From Raillietiella orientalis (lineage: Eukaryota): a stretch of 64,000 nt of DNA. How positions within the stretch are numbered: the stretch's first letter is position 1; each line of letters starts with the position of its first letter. The notes beneath the pieces were generated by a model. That model made no database searches and was not told where the DNA came from. It worked only from the letters and a program-made list of their open reading frames with translations. This document shows, one piece after another, positions 1 through 13,963 of this stretch. A program made the position numbers and the translations under genes. The stretch spans positions 496,001-560,000 of the forward strand of contig JAYWIR010000046.1 in the NCBI GenBank assembly GCA_036172245.1. The letters run 5' to 3'.

Positions 1-3000
1 TCTCTCGAAGTCCCGGGTTCATATCAGGATGGGCTTCGCTGTTCCCAGAAGTGTGAGTTGAAACCGAAAACGAATGCACTGATCAGCGCTTGCCAGGCAA
101 ATCGCCGATTCGGCTCCCATAGTGTTCGTCATCATAGTGATTTTGCTGGTCCCCATCCTGAGAGCATTCTTCTGGAACTTGCACTCTAGTAAGTTGGAAC
201 TGATCCCCAGCCACCTTGCTTCCACGCAGCGTTCCACCAAAAGTCATAAACAAGAAGCCAGCTGTCGAGATTTCCTCGTTCAGCACGAAGACTATTTGCA
301 GGAACCTGAACTGGGACACATGCCTGCTAATAGGTGAGCTCTTGCAGAATCGCAGAACTGCTTTCAGGTTGCAGGTGGGGGATTCATCCTGTCGGAAGGG
401 GTACAGCGTTCCGGACTGTCCCACGACATAGGAAAAGCCATGATGTTCTTTTCTTCATTCCATCCGGTAGTAATCGTGATTTTCGTTACAACACTGGTTT
501 CGGCTTTCTCCGAAATAGCTTCCAACGGAGCTACTGCCAGCATCTTCATCCCTATATTCGGAGAACTGGTTAGCTAATAATCATAACCTGATTCTTTTTG
601 TTGCATGATAGGGAGGAGGTGCTACCCGTTACGGTGGAGACTTATTTCCCCGTCGTTGTTGCAAACTTAACGTAGCAGCTTCAAAAATATTTAGGGAAAC
701 AAACAAATGCCCTCCTGCCGCGGATTGCTTGTAAGCAGAACCGAAAGCAAACACTGAATAGAGTTAATGACAACTTGAGAAATCAGCTTTGCACACTTAC
801 AGTAGCTATGAATCAGAAATCACTTCCGGAAAGCGTTTAAAAGAGGAAAGAAAAGCGTGGCACCTCTTGCTTTGGACGCACTGATGTGAACTGAGTGTGA
901 TTTCACATTCCCAGAGTGGGAATTCGGTTAACAAATAGAGTTGACGGTTTAAAAGCTTCCGCAGTTCCATCCCTCGAAGATCTGGTACCGATGACAAACC
1001 AGACACACATGAAATTTCAATACTTGCTGCGCTTGTTGCTTATCGAAAATAAGATAGCTGCTTTTTCAATTAGTCGCGAAAAATTATCTTTACGGTGCCA
1101 TTCACACGAACAGAAGTTAATTTAATCTGTTTTGCCCTCAAGTGTAGAGTCCTCAAAATACATCCTTTCTACGTGCTGATTCCCCTGACTGTAAGTTGTT
1201 CTTTCGCCTTCATACTCCCGTGTGGAACACCTCCTAATGCACTAGCCTACGAAACCGGGAAGATGAAAACTCTGGACATGGTAAGATCGAAAGGAAAGAA
1301 AGCTGAAATGCAGTTTTGAGCTGAGAAGTTCCTGAGTGCTGAAGAATGTTCTTGCATCATTGCAGGTGAAACGAGGGATTCCGATGAATTTGATATGCCT
1401 CATTATAGTCAATCTGCACGTTAATGTTTTGGGTCAAGTCATGTTTGACATGAGTCATTATCCTGCCTGGGCAAACACAACCAAGCATCTAACAGAATGA
1501 GCTCAAGAAATCTGTGGCGCAAAATGCATCCGGTACGCAAGGGAAAAAGGTGGTTTTCAAAGCTAATCCCATGTTTCAGTTTTAGAATTGCAAAAATTTC
1601 TTGTCAGATTCATGAATTTCAACTTCCTATTTTTATTTTATTTTGTAAACCTCTCAGTCTTCAAATACAAGCCGTCTTCCATACCGCTAATGAAAAGCAA
1701 ATAACAGTCTCTCTTAGAAAACACTGAGGACATTTTTGTATTGGTGCCACAATCTTAGAATGCGCCAATTCGTATGTTAAGCAGGAACGAAGAACCGTTT
1801 AGCCGTCGGCTTTGAGCTTACAGACCTGCATGTGCACGTTTCTCGTCATTTGACGTCAGAGTGGGCATCTTCTTCGCCACTTGGGCGATGGGGTTTTTTG
1901 AACATTTGGGGGTTCTTCTGTACCTTTATTCTGGTATATGAGTGGGGGAATGGTTTTTGCTGCGAAATCACTGCATGCTTCCAAGAGTGGAGGATAGCTG
2001 CACCTTGAGCTAATCAAAAGACTGGGAAGCGGTTTAGACTAGGGAACTCTTGCAGCGAAACGGCCTCCTTGAGTTACTGCTCCCTGCTTGTTCTTCGTAG
2101 TGGCTATGCTTTTCACTTAGAAGGTATTTAAATCGCCAGTGAAAGTTACTCAGATGTAAACATTCGATCGTTACTGCTACCTGGACACATGGCTGCGTTC
2201 GAAGAATGTGATATACCTCTGATTTTCGTCATGCTGTGAGGAGTGTAGGACACAGAATGCACAGAGTATATAATGCAGTATAGGAGTATAGGATAGAGGA
2301 AGATCTGAGGCACGTGACGGTGGGTACAGGAAGAGCTGTTTGAGCGATTATTGCTCGGTAGCTCTCTCAAGAACGAAGTCAGCGGTTTATGTCGGTCGTG
2401 TTCTTTGTCCGGTTTGCCCGTCTTGAGGAACTCCACGCTTTCTTCTCAGATATTCGATTTTAGACATCAGGCTTCCAAGTGCGGAACTCTCAAAGAAAGA
2501 CTTTGGAACACATATGTCACGTCACTACGTGACAAAGCCGTGTCCACATCAGCGTACCTTGAGGCCTTCTTAGCCCATGTGCAACAGAGGACGAAACTTA
2601 TACTTCCAAGACGTTTTCTTTTAACCTCGCAAATCCATCTGTGAACCTGAACCATCAATCAAAATGGGGACATTGAATGGATACACCCGTATCGAAGACA
2701 GTCTCCTATGCACTTTCATAGCAGCAGCGTGCGTTGTCTTCCCTTATGACAACATTGCATTGAATTTTTTTTTTTCATTTGAAACGTTGTGATACTCCTG
2801 TTTATGATAAAGTTCTTGTTCTTTTAGTGACCAACCTCCTGCAAACTCGCTTCCAGACTTGCGCAAGAAATTAAAAGGGAAGCTCGAGGGAGGGAAGGGA
2901 AATAAGAGGATTCTGAACGAATACGTCGAACTTGAACACGTGTTCCACAGCTAATGGTATGGAGAGTTTCATCGTCCATGCTCATGCCTTGTCTTGATCT

Positions 3001-6000
3001 GCAATTGCGAATCAGCAAGACTTCTTGATCTCTGTTTTTCTTATTCGTGCCATCACTCATGACATCCTAGGGTTTTCGTGTCGGGACTCTGAAAATCATC
3101 GCCATAGTTTTCTTCGCTATTTCCCTTCTAGAGATAGGAAAAAAATTGCATGCTGTTGCCTACGACATAGGGCACGGAATCAGAAGAAAAGAGGTATTTA
3201 TTTGCAGCTGTAAAAAATGAAGTCAGGAAGGTAGAACAGGCGATGGACTCGTTACGAATGTTCGACACTCTCCTTATTGACTCATCTTGCTGTCTAAGGT
3301 TCTGGATCGCCTTGAGAGCAGCATGTGTTCTTTTTCTGTTCTGCCATTCTTTGATCTCATTCAAGGTGCGCTGGCTGGAGTGTTTCCTCACCTTTTACAT
3401 GGTCTACAATGTATGTGGTTTTGCCTTGTGCACAATGAAGAATCCCTGCAGATGGGGTATCTGGATCGCTTTCTTGCGTGGCTTTTATTTTAGAGTCTTC
3501 CGTTTGTTCAAACCTTCAAACTCGATCGGTACGAGAGCGCGTAAGCGAGAGCTGGCCTATCCTAAAGCTGTTAGATAATGTTTTGCGTGTCCAGCTTCCG
3601 TGTTTTATCTTGTGTCTGTAGACCTCATTTGTTTTCCTCTAGCAGTTGTGTGAATGGAGAAACTTAGTTGTGAAGAAGAGCTTATACGGAAATGGAGGTC
3701 TCGTCGCATGTGGATACATGTTCACCCTATGAATGGCTTTCTTGCTCTCGAAAGATATGTTGCTCGATAAACAAGATCGTATAGGTGTGCGTTCTACTCG
3801 TTTGCGTTTACGTACAAGGGACATTTCCAAGGCTTCCTCCCGCCGTTGTTTCCTCGATTGATTTCCATTCGTTCTTGTAATCGTCGTCCTTTATTTCTCG
3901 TTGGTTTTTGGATGGGAACAGCTATATCCATTCGTACCTCTCATCTGATGATTTTCTGTAGGTATCATACTCGATTTAATTCCGTGACTATGAATAGACT
4001 TTCGCCTAATGGTGAGGGTGGACATATGCATTTTTCTTCGCGCGTTTAACACTTTCACGCCGGGGCCATAATTCATAGTCTCCGGTAAGGCAACTCAGTT
4101 ATATGTAATTTTCTTCATCAGACGGGGCCGATTTGGATAAAAATCACGTGATATTATATGGCACGCCTGTTCATTCTTCTTTGTTAATGTAAGACTATCA
4201 CAACAAAAACATTCATTTCTTTCAAGGCCTCGGCTACGGCACTATTGGAGCTCGTGATTTTATTTTAAGATATTTGTTTGAAATCAACATAATATATATA
4301 TATAAATTCTTATGTATATTAAAAAATAATTGTTTAAAATCAAGCAACTATCTAGTTTTTGTTCATTTATAGACTTTTTATTGATTTTATTTAAAAAAAG
4401 ACCATTAAAAGTGATTAGATCTGTTTGTACCATCGGTAGTACACACTGAGACAATTATACTTGTACCGCCGGTGGCACTCCCGGCGAGAACGCCTTAAAG
4501 AACTGCAATGAATATTTTCATATGAGTAACGATTTTGATCAGTAATTGTGAATTTGCTTGTCTCTACTCTTTCTTGAAAAGTAGACGTTATGTCCTTGAT
4601 ACTTCACGGAAAACTGAATGTTGAATCTGGAACTGGCATAAATTTGTATGAATTGGAAGACACATGCAGCGTTTGCAGATGTGTACGTATGCACACACAC
4701 ACATACATGTACAGATAACACACCCCAGACATCATTCTCTCTCCCTTAAAAGCGACAGACAATATTTGTTGACAGATGTGAACGAGACCAATAAGTGTTA
4801 CTGTCGACTCGTTCGCACCATACTTTCTGTTCTTCTGCTGGTGTTACAATACCTCGAAAAATATTGGTTGTTATTACTGTAGTTCCAAATACAATATGAA
4901 TATGTTCCGATGCAAGTTATTCATTTGCAACTAACACGGCAAACGGCAACAAAACCTTTAAGAAACTTATAATCAGCATGTAACAACCAACCAGCTGCCT
5001 TTAAACGAAGAATGCCATACCAATTTTGAACCGATGAGCCCAACCCGATCAGCATTTATGATATTCCAAAATCAGATTAACGTGGAACTTGTTCGTGCCA
5101 AATGAACTTAGAAGTTCCATCATCAAACACCTGATTCACAAGCTGCAATTATTCTGCACAGCTATTACTGTCTGCACAGCTGTTACTGCCAGCAAGTAAC
5201 TCCCTTCTCACTTGAATTTTCACTCCACGTCACTCTGCTCGTCCTTTCTTCACCACTGATGATTCTTAATATCACGAATAGTGGTAATGGTAATACAGAC
5301 AACGGATCTTTAAACTTTTGATGACTGCACTCCCATCCAAATCTTTTCTAATTGCTGTGGTGAAGAATGAACATTTCGATTCATCGTTCTCGTTCGAGAA
5401 TCTTCACCCAAATGTCTCTTTTGATACAATAATAAGTACAGATGGTAAACTTTTGAAACTTCTGCAACTGCACACAAGTAGGCATGCTTGCACTATCTCG
5501 TAAAAAAAATTCTAGACTGTTTTCTAAATTCACAATATCGGGACCACAATTGCTATTGTTCTTTGTGGGTACAAAATTTGGAGATCTACACCTGCATCTG
5601 CTCGCCAAACTAAATGTTTAAATTAAATTAATGGTTAAAAACACTGGTTTTCTGTTTTTGATCTTCAGCAACAGGTTTGCATCTGAAAGTTCCACAACTT
5701 GTACAAAGGAAAAATGGCAGGCAGCAATCACTATTAGTCATAAGAAAACAATTACTACAACTTTTTCTATCAGTAAAACCGGGGTTTCCTGAATGATATT
5801 TATTATCTAGCTGAAGCCATTTTTGGATTTAACAATTATCATTTCTATCATACTTTTTTTTGGTTTATCCTACTTGGTAGAAGTTTTAAATAAAAATTTG
5901 ATTCTACACTACCTTAGAATGAAAATTCGTTCATTCAAAATTTCAACTCGGTTGATGTCAACATTCAGATTCGATTTTAATAGCTTATCCAATATTGGTG

Positions 6001-6524
6001 AAGGCGGAAACCCTTTGTTGAAAGGTACTCTGGCAAAGACGAAAAGAAAGTCTGTTTAAAATAAATAACTTACACGTAAAATGTAATTTTACAACAAATT
6101 TCACATCATAAATCATTTTACAAGCGCCCTGCTATCCATGGTTTGCATCTGTGTGTGTTTCACTTGCAAGTGGATGCTAATTTGGTTTCTCATATATGAA
6201 GAAATCAAAATTAAGTACACTGCATGCAGCTATGCATCACACATTCATTTTACATACTGATTTTCTGCAAAAAAAAATACTAAGGTTGGCATAGTTCTGA
6301 TTTCAAAGTTCTTACACAGACTCTTATTACCAACATACATATGTGATGAACACTCTGGAAAGGAGAAAATTTTCGACGTAGTGCAATAAAAAACCATCAA
6401 TCAAGAACAAAATATGTATTGTCCTCACCATAGCCACATGCATATATGTTTGTATGTGTATCAACTTAAAAATAAGCATTCAAAATTTTCAAATAAATAT
6501 GTGAATCTGCATTGAATAAATATA

Positions 6525-7990
6525 TCACAATTGAGAAATTATAGGCTGTTCCACTTCCTGAACAAGGGCTGGAAGATTACCCTCATACTCTGAAGTAGCC
6601 CATAAGTACACATCTAATGTTCTGTCTGTGCATTCAGCAATGAATCGGATGAATGGTCGCACATCCCCATCATTTGCCATTTTCAAGCATTCATAGTAAC
6701 GTAAACGATCTTGTTTGGGAATAATTGTTGGGGGATACCCTGCTTGCATGAGAATCAAATTCATTAATAACCTAGATGTGCGACCATTTCCATCCAGAAA
6801 AGGATGTAGGTACACTAGTTTATAATGTGCCAAAGCAGCACATTCAATAGGATGCATTTGCAAGGAATCTGTGTTCAACCAGTCCAGGAATTCTGCCAAC
6901 TGAGATGGTAGTGCACTTGGAGGTGGAGGGACATGATTTGCTATAAAGACTTGAGTTTGCCGTAACTTCCCAGCTTGATCAGGATCAACAAAACACATAA
7001 CTTTGCGATGAATCTCTAAAATATCTTCTATAGTAATTGCACCAATTTTCTGTACCAGCGATATGTTAATATACTTTAAGGCTATATCCAGTCCTAAAAT
7101 TTCATTATGCTCCACAATGCTTTTGCCACCAACTGCCATTTTTGTCTCTAAAATACTACGAGTCTGTGCAAGTGTCATAGTGTTTCCTTCAATATTCACA
7201 GTGTGATAAATGTAATGATAATATGCCTCTTGTTTTATATGTCGAAATGCGGCATCTGTGTTTGGGATTTGGGCTAACTTATTTCTTTTGTGATCAATTT
7301 TCTCAAGGGAAAGACGGTCAATATCTTGCACAATCTTTGATGTTCTTTCTCGATTTAAGAGAGCTTTTGTGTGTTCTGGCTGATGAGTCAAGGCACGTGA
7401 GTACAAATAATCTGCTTCTACTACGTTTCTTAGGTGTTTCTCCATATATTCTCCAAACTGAATTAACACTTCTGGATTATTAGGTTGTAAATTAAATGCA
7501 TGCTGGAACAATTTGAGTGCCTTATCATATTTTCCAGAAAGTTCCATTTCAACAGCAGCATCCAGACATGCAAGTATTTCAGTTTCATAAGCTGTAAAGG
7601 AAATACATCAAATCTTGATCACTTCTAGTAACAAATATAAATTCTGATTATCATAATTAAATAAATGTATCATTTGAATTTAATTGATTTATACAGACCT
7701 TGCTCACTTCTATCATGCTCTCTGTCCTGCTTTAAATTTACTGACTGGGTTGATTCACTGAGCAAATTCTGGTTTGCAAATGCATGAACTGCTTTTGTAA
7801 ATTCATTCTCTGGAGTATGTAATACAAAAGATGACACTTGATTGTTATTCTCTTTTCTTAATGATGATTTTGGGGTCATCACAAAATAAATCCTGATATC
7901 ATGTAACGCAAATAACATGATAGCGGTGATAACAATAATGATGTAACATAGGACCACCTTTGTTGATATCATCCTGTAGAATTGTTTCAT
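6525..7990 (-). CDS. FICD: FIC domain-containing protein adenylyltransferase (BiP AMPylase/deAMPylase, HYPE/dFic orthologue); exons 7990-7699 and 7591-6525
   Basis: N-terminal hydrophobic TM segment (VVLCYIIIVITAIMLFAL), TPR-like helices, inhibitory motif TVNIEGN and catalytic Fic motif HPFLDGNGRTSR. A phase-1 GT-AG intron (7698-7592) joins the two ORFs in frame. Confidence 0.95.
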
Positions 7991-10900
7991 AATAACTTCT
8001 GCAAATTAAAATTTTACTTACTAACATTTACATCAGTGATTCTCTACTTATATTTAAATTTATTAAATATAACCATGACTTCTTCGTATCAACGACACGC
8101 CTCGTTTTTCATATTGATTATCAGTTACACAATTTCTCAACAAAACGTCATCTACTGAATACTTATGCATTTATTATGACCACATTTACAACTCAAACTG
8201 CATTAACACAATGCACAATTTCAGTAGTTGATCAGGTTATCAATGCTGAGATAAAGCCAAAGAAACTTTCATGATTCCATAATGGAACTTCAAACCAAAA
8301 CAATTTAAAACAAATAAGGTCAAGGGGAATTTAAACGATTAATCAACAGTGCTATCCCGATATTCCCATCATTTCAAAATAACCCGGTATTTGGAACAGC
8401 AAAGAATATCAATATATATTATACGTGCATTTCCTTAAGCAATCAACAAATAGAAAATGAAACGGTAATTTTTGCAATTTACCTGTAGAACACGTTGATC
8501 TTGGAAATCTTGGAGAATACGGAAAATGGCTTGCACTCTGATGTTTATCACTTTTGCTCCCTCTGATCCTGTAGAACATCTTCAACTTTTGAGTGAATAT
8601 TTCGATGAAATGTACTACTTGAATGTTCTCAGCATAATCAATTTTCCCCATCTCCTTCCTTAATAAGTGGACTACACTCAATTAAAAGTAACATTTGCTG
8701 AATAATATCTGAGTCCATCTGCGTTATTTCAGAATACCTTGTTATATAATACAGATCTAAACGTTTCATGTTTCAGCAGGGACACTTCACGTGAACCTTG
8801 CCTTCTTTTAAACAGCACCTCGCTACACCAACAAAACCCCGACTTCTTTACAATATGACTTCACTACCTTTCACCCATTTACGTTTGCTTGACGGCCGCG
8901 TATGTAAAACTGCAAACCTGTACTACGTATAACATGGCAGGCAGTTGCTCGTAGATCTGTATTTTAAACACATTTAATTTGTTAGCACCTTGGTTTTAAA
9001 ACTAATGCAATCTATGCCCAATAGGTGAATTAGAATGAAATTTCATTTTTAATCTTCAAAGAAAAACTCCCAGATTTCTGAGGTCTCAATGTAGTTTAGG
9101 TCACCTCATTGTAATCGAAATGATTCGATTCCTATTATTCGAAACTCCAAGACAAATCACTTCATTTGTAATTATGAAAAACAAAATTTAGAGTATTCTG
9201 TCTGAATTTGTGGATCAGATTCTGACATTTAAACTTTCATTTCATTATCCTGACATATGGGCAGTTTGCACTTTCTTGCAGTTTCATGTTCATTAAGAAA
9301 TCCAGTTTATAGAGCTAAGACTATAAAACTGAAGTAGACTTTTGAATACTCATATTGGATTGATGTCGCAAACGTTGAAAATATGACAGTGCGATCAAAG
9401 CGTATCTCTTTCAAATCTTCTATTATAGGAAAGAATTTGAAGTGTTACATGGAAGATATAAATAATTTCGTCCAGTCGCACATCTCAGTTGATACAAAAA
9501 AAGGTTAATGATATTCTACATCATGCTAGTCAAATTATTTGCTATAAACCCATTATGAGTAGTAGCATTTCTTCATTTAATGTTTTCACTAAGTTTAGGA
9601 ACTTTTGTATATCAAAATTTGGTTTTGCAATGTGAGCTTTCTGTTGAGGCAGAATTCTTGTATACAGCTTGTGTACTGATATTGTTACTACCTTATGAAA
9701 TAAAATCGAGCTGTGCCAGAATTTGTAGGAACTACTTTCATAAAGAATATTTTGTTTAAGTTCCAAGGTAATTCCTCATACTTTACACCCAAAGTTGTTG
9801 ATCTGACTGAAAAATGTGTTTTCCAATATAGTAAAGTTCATTTAATTGCTCTTAGTGTTTCATTGATAGACAGCATATTCTTACATTTAATGTCTTTGCA
9901 ATAAAAATAGTTGAATTCTTTGATCCGAATCGACAATTATTGCTTATTTTTCCATAAAATTCCTGGTATAATCACAAAGCTCAGAAAACTGCCTAGACAT
10001 ATTGTCAGTTGGCTTTCTGTTTTGAATCATTTGCTCATAGATTCCAGAATATCGCTAAAAAGCAGTATGCCAATTGATAACAGAAGTCAAGCGTTTCTTC
10101 TTTTATCATTGTCAGAGTAGCGTCTTCCACTTAAACCCATTTACACGAGAGCCTGTTTTTAAAATCGATTCCTAGTACCAAGCTTGAATGCTTAAGCATA
10201 AACCAATGCTCACTGAGTTTATTCTGGTAATGTGTGGCAGCGAAATGAAAGTCTATGAATACACATAACCAAAAGATTCTAGTCTTACAAAATCAAAATA
10301 AATTTGTAACCACAATGACTTATTAAAAACCTCTAAAGCTCTCTAAAGACATTTTCATTAATCTCAATTGCTAATTTTTTTGTGTCAAAAATTCACACAA
10401 TTAACTGATCTCTTAAGTGGGCAACCGTGCATCGTCTCTGAATCATAGCTACGGCCTTGGTTGGTGTCATAACATTTTCCTGCTAAGCAGACTTACATCT
10501 TGATGTGATCCAATTTTTGCTTCAATTTATCTAAATCTTAGTCTTCGATCTGAACATTCACAAAAGTTTCTTTTTGGGATTATAGATGCAGCCAATTTTT
10601 TCATTCCTATACTGTTGGTGGCGGAAATACTTGATGCAAAGGCTTTATTCTGTAAGAGAAGCCTGCAGCAACACAACTTCACAAACTAACATGTATTTGA
10701 TTCATATACTGATACTTCGCGAGGGAATAAGATGATTATCAAAATATAATTAAAATGAAAAAACTAGAGCAACATCTCATGCACATATCAATTTATAAGG
10801 CCAAATCAACAGCGAATTCTTGTTTATTTCATGGATTTTGGGTTCAGTGGAATAGCAATTAAAACTTACATCTGTGTTGAGATTTTAGCCTTCTATCCCT

Positions 10901-11058
10901 ACATACAATTTGATACAGTTGTAAGAAATACATTCTGAAATTCAAAATCCAAACACATTGCTGATCCAACCCTTGAATATTACTACAAAAAAATCATTTT
11001 AAATATTTATTCAAATTACATAGTTATTATACAAGCTTTAGAATACATTGTGAACGCT

Positions 11059-13963
11059 TTATATGAGATCTGCTACATTCATGGGCATCTCATCAATCTG
11101 GGTTGAATAATATTGTTCAATGTCCCTCAGAATCCGTATGTCATCACTCTTTACAAAATTAATGGCTACACCTTTGCGACCAAATCGACCAGAGCGACCA
11201 ATTCGATGAATGTATAATTCACGATTGTTGGGCAGGTCGTAATTGATAACCAACGAAACTTGTTGGACATCGATACCTCTTGCCCAGATGTCTGTTGTGA
11301 TCAGCACCCGTGTTTGTCCAGATCGGAATTCCCTCATAATAGTATCTCTTTCTTTCTGTGGGAGATCACCATGCATGGAACTAACAGTGAAATTTGCTTC
11401 ACGCATTTTTTCTGTCAGCCAGTCAACCTTCCGTTTAGTATTACAAAAAATAACTGCTTGTGTGATTGTCAAAGTATCATACAAGTCACAAAGGGTATCG
11501 AATTTCCACTCTTCTCTTTCTACAGCAACAAAAAATTGTTTGATTCCTTCTAACGTTAATTCATCTCTGCAAAATACATTACACACAAATAATATTAGCA
11601 TATTTCTCACCGTTTTACTAAAATGCGAATTGGGTCAGACATAAATTTGTTGGTCATTTCCAAGATTTCATGGGGGAGAGTTGCAGACACAAGTATGACT
11701 TGTGTGGCAGGAGGTAAATAACGATACACATCGTAAATCTGCTCTTTAAACCCTTTGTTTAACATCTCGTCAGCTTCATCTAACACTAGCATTTTTATTG
11801 ATCGCGTTCTTAGTGTTCTTCTTCTGATCATATCTATTTTGCTATTAGGTTCATCAGTTCCCCAGAAGACAAACTCACCAAAAACTCTTCCTGGAGTACC
11901 AGAAACAACATGTTGTCCATAATCTAATTTCCTTATGTCTTCACCCAGATTGGTGCCTCCTATGCAGGCATGGCAGTGTACATTCATGTAATCCCCAAGT
12001 GCAAGGATCACCTATAAATCACGAAATTATAAACTAGCCATGTATATGGCTTCTTACTTTCTGAATCTGTACAGCTAATTCTCTTGTAGGACTCAGAATC
12101 AATACTTGTGTTTCTCTTATCTGAGTGTCTAGGATCTGGAGGATTGCAATAGCAAAAGTAGCTGTCTTTCCAGTTCCTGACTGTGCCTGGGCAATAACAT
12201 CTCGACCTTTGATCACAGGCTTTACTGCACGCTGTTGAATTGCTGATGGTTTTTCAAAACCTGTAAACATAAAAAATAATAATAGTAATCATTGTGAAAG
12301 AATAAAACTTTATTACATCAATATGTACAAAGAAATGATAAACGCACCTAGCTTGCTGAAACAAATGCCTGACAAATTGCTTTGAAGCCTGTTTCAAATA
12401 ATTTAGAAAATAGCTTGAAGAATTATCCTAACAAAAGTATGATGAAAACGGAGACCAGAACATTAAATTTGGTATGTTAAAGCACAGTGGATACTATTTT
12501 ATCATTTTTCAACAACTGGATGCAGCAGATAGCAAACTACTACCATAAGAAGGAGAATTTGCAAGAATGACTCTTCAATTATTGTAATATATCATCAATT
12601 GACACTGATAGCTGGTTATTTAGTGTTCATTAATAGAAAAAGCAGCTGTGAATCAATCAAATTAAACTGCGAAATTCCTTAACCAACTATAAGATTATCT
12701 GGATGAACACACAAAGCCAATTAGAATATGTTTAAGAAATCCAGCTAGAAACACGAGCTGATATACAAAAGTACAACTTGTGATTACTAAATTTCCTACA
12801 AAGAGTAGCATCAAAAACCAATAACATGCAGCAATGTACTGCGAGTTTTATTCTAAGTACCCTTAAAGAGAAACACTTCATGCATTTTGGGGAAATATAA
12901 ATTTCATTAGTTCTTTAAGATTAATGATTGCAGAGTGAGAACAACTTCACTAAACTATCACTATCAATGAAATTTCATTTGCAATTATTCACTTCACTGG
13001 ATACATAAAAAAACTCATGCAAACAAATGAGTGCACAAATGATTATAATATATTATGAAAAATTTTAGCTAACTAAACGTGAAGATGCCTACAAAGTTTT
13101 ATAATGTTGCAGTTCTCAACTACATAGGTAAAGAACGAATAGCTTTAAAATATGAAAGCATGCAATCACAAGAAAAAACCGAGTTAGCATTATTTACATG
13201 GATAATTTTGCTATCAAGGTTCATTAAGAGTATCGTGATCTCCCTTTAATGAAACCTATACATAAATTTTATAAAAGAAATTGTTTTCCGACTGAAGACC
13301 ATGTTCAACGATATTTTATTGTAGTCATATATGTAAACAATAATGCATTTTGATCATGAACGAAACTCAGTGAGGCAAGCACAAAGAAACAAAAACATTA
13401 CAAGTAAACAGTTTTCATAGTTTACAAAAGTTCCTGTGTTTTTTTTAAAATGGATTAACATATGAACTTGCAGGTGAGAATACAACTTTTAATAAATATA
13501 GCTTTGTTGTTACTATATCTTGCAGTATGATGTATATGGACTCACATGCTTAAAAATATTTTAAAATCACAAACTACATACAAACCGACAAAATACAACG
13601 CATATTCTTATAACCAGGTAAATAAATATTCATAATACTATACAAACTTACAATTATTTACACATCAAAAACAAAAAATTTGGTGTTCCCAACCAATAGT
13701 TTCATCTAAATGTATGTGCAAAGAAAACACAAATCCAATGAACGCTGAGAAATCGACTGTATCTACGTTTGTGGCCGAACTATTCTAACTTATCAACGCA
13801 ACACACCAAATATATAAAACTTACCATATGCATATATTCCCCTAAGCAGATCTTCCCTGAGACCAAGATGATCGAATGTTGGGATAACTTCAACATCTTC
13901 GCTTGTTTCGAATTCAACATTTGTAAGATCTTCCGACTGAACAACTCTTCGAATTTTCGACAT
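11059..13963 (-). CDS. EIF4A3: DEAD-box helicase eIF4A-III (exon junction complex core); exons 13963-13825, 12260-12058, 12011-11879, 11833-11611, 11566-11059
   Basis: Exon 1 reads [46 protein letters not shown]. Downstream motifs are [51 protein letters not shown] and the eIF4A-III C-terminus [12 protein letters not shown]. All introns are GT-AG and frame-consistent. Confidence 0.97.

Noticed and set aside
7..30. tRNA T-arm/B-box-like GTCCCGGGTTCATATC (and TGGTTCCCATGAGGATCG near 49941)
   Set aside because: No cloverleaf or A-box can be built; the match is too short.
5154..5189. Short tandem duplications (18 bp here; 10 bp near 26213; 12 bp near 29989; (TAAT)n near 50684)
   Set aside because: Two-copy slippage products with no spacer architecture; not CRISPR-like or satellite arrays.
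7180..7203. FICD inhibitory motif variant TVNIEGN
   Set aside because: The key Glu is retained and the changed residue is at a variable position; no reason to infer altered regulation.
11243..11644. Plus-strand ORFs opposite eIF4A3 (also those opposite FICD, TSC2 and mTERF exons)
   Set aside because: Antisense shadows of real coding exons, with no motifs of their own.
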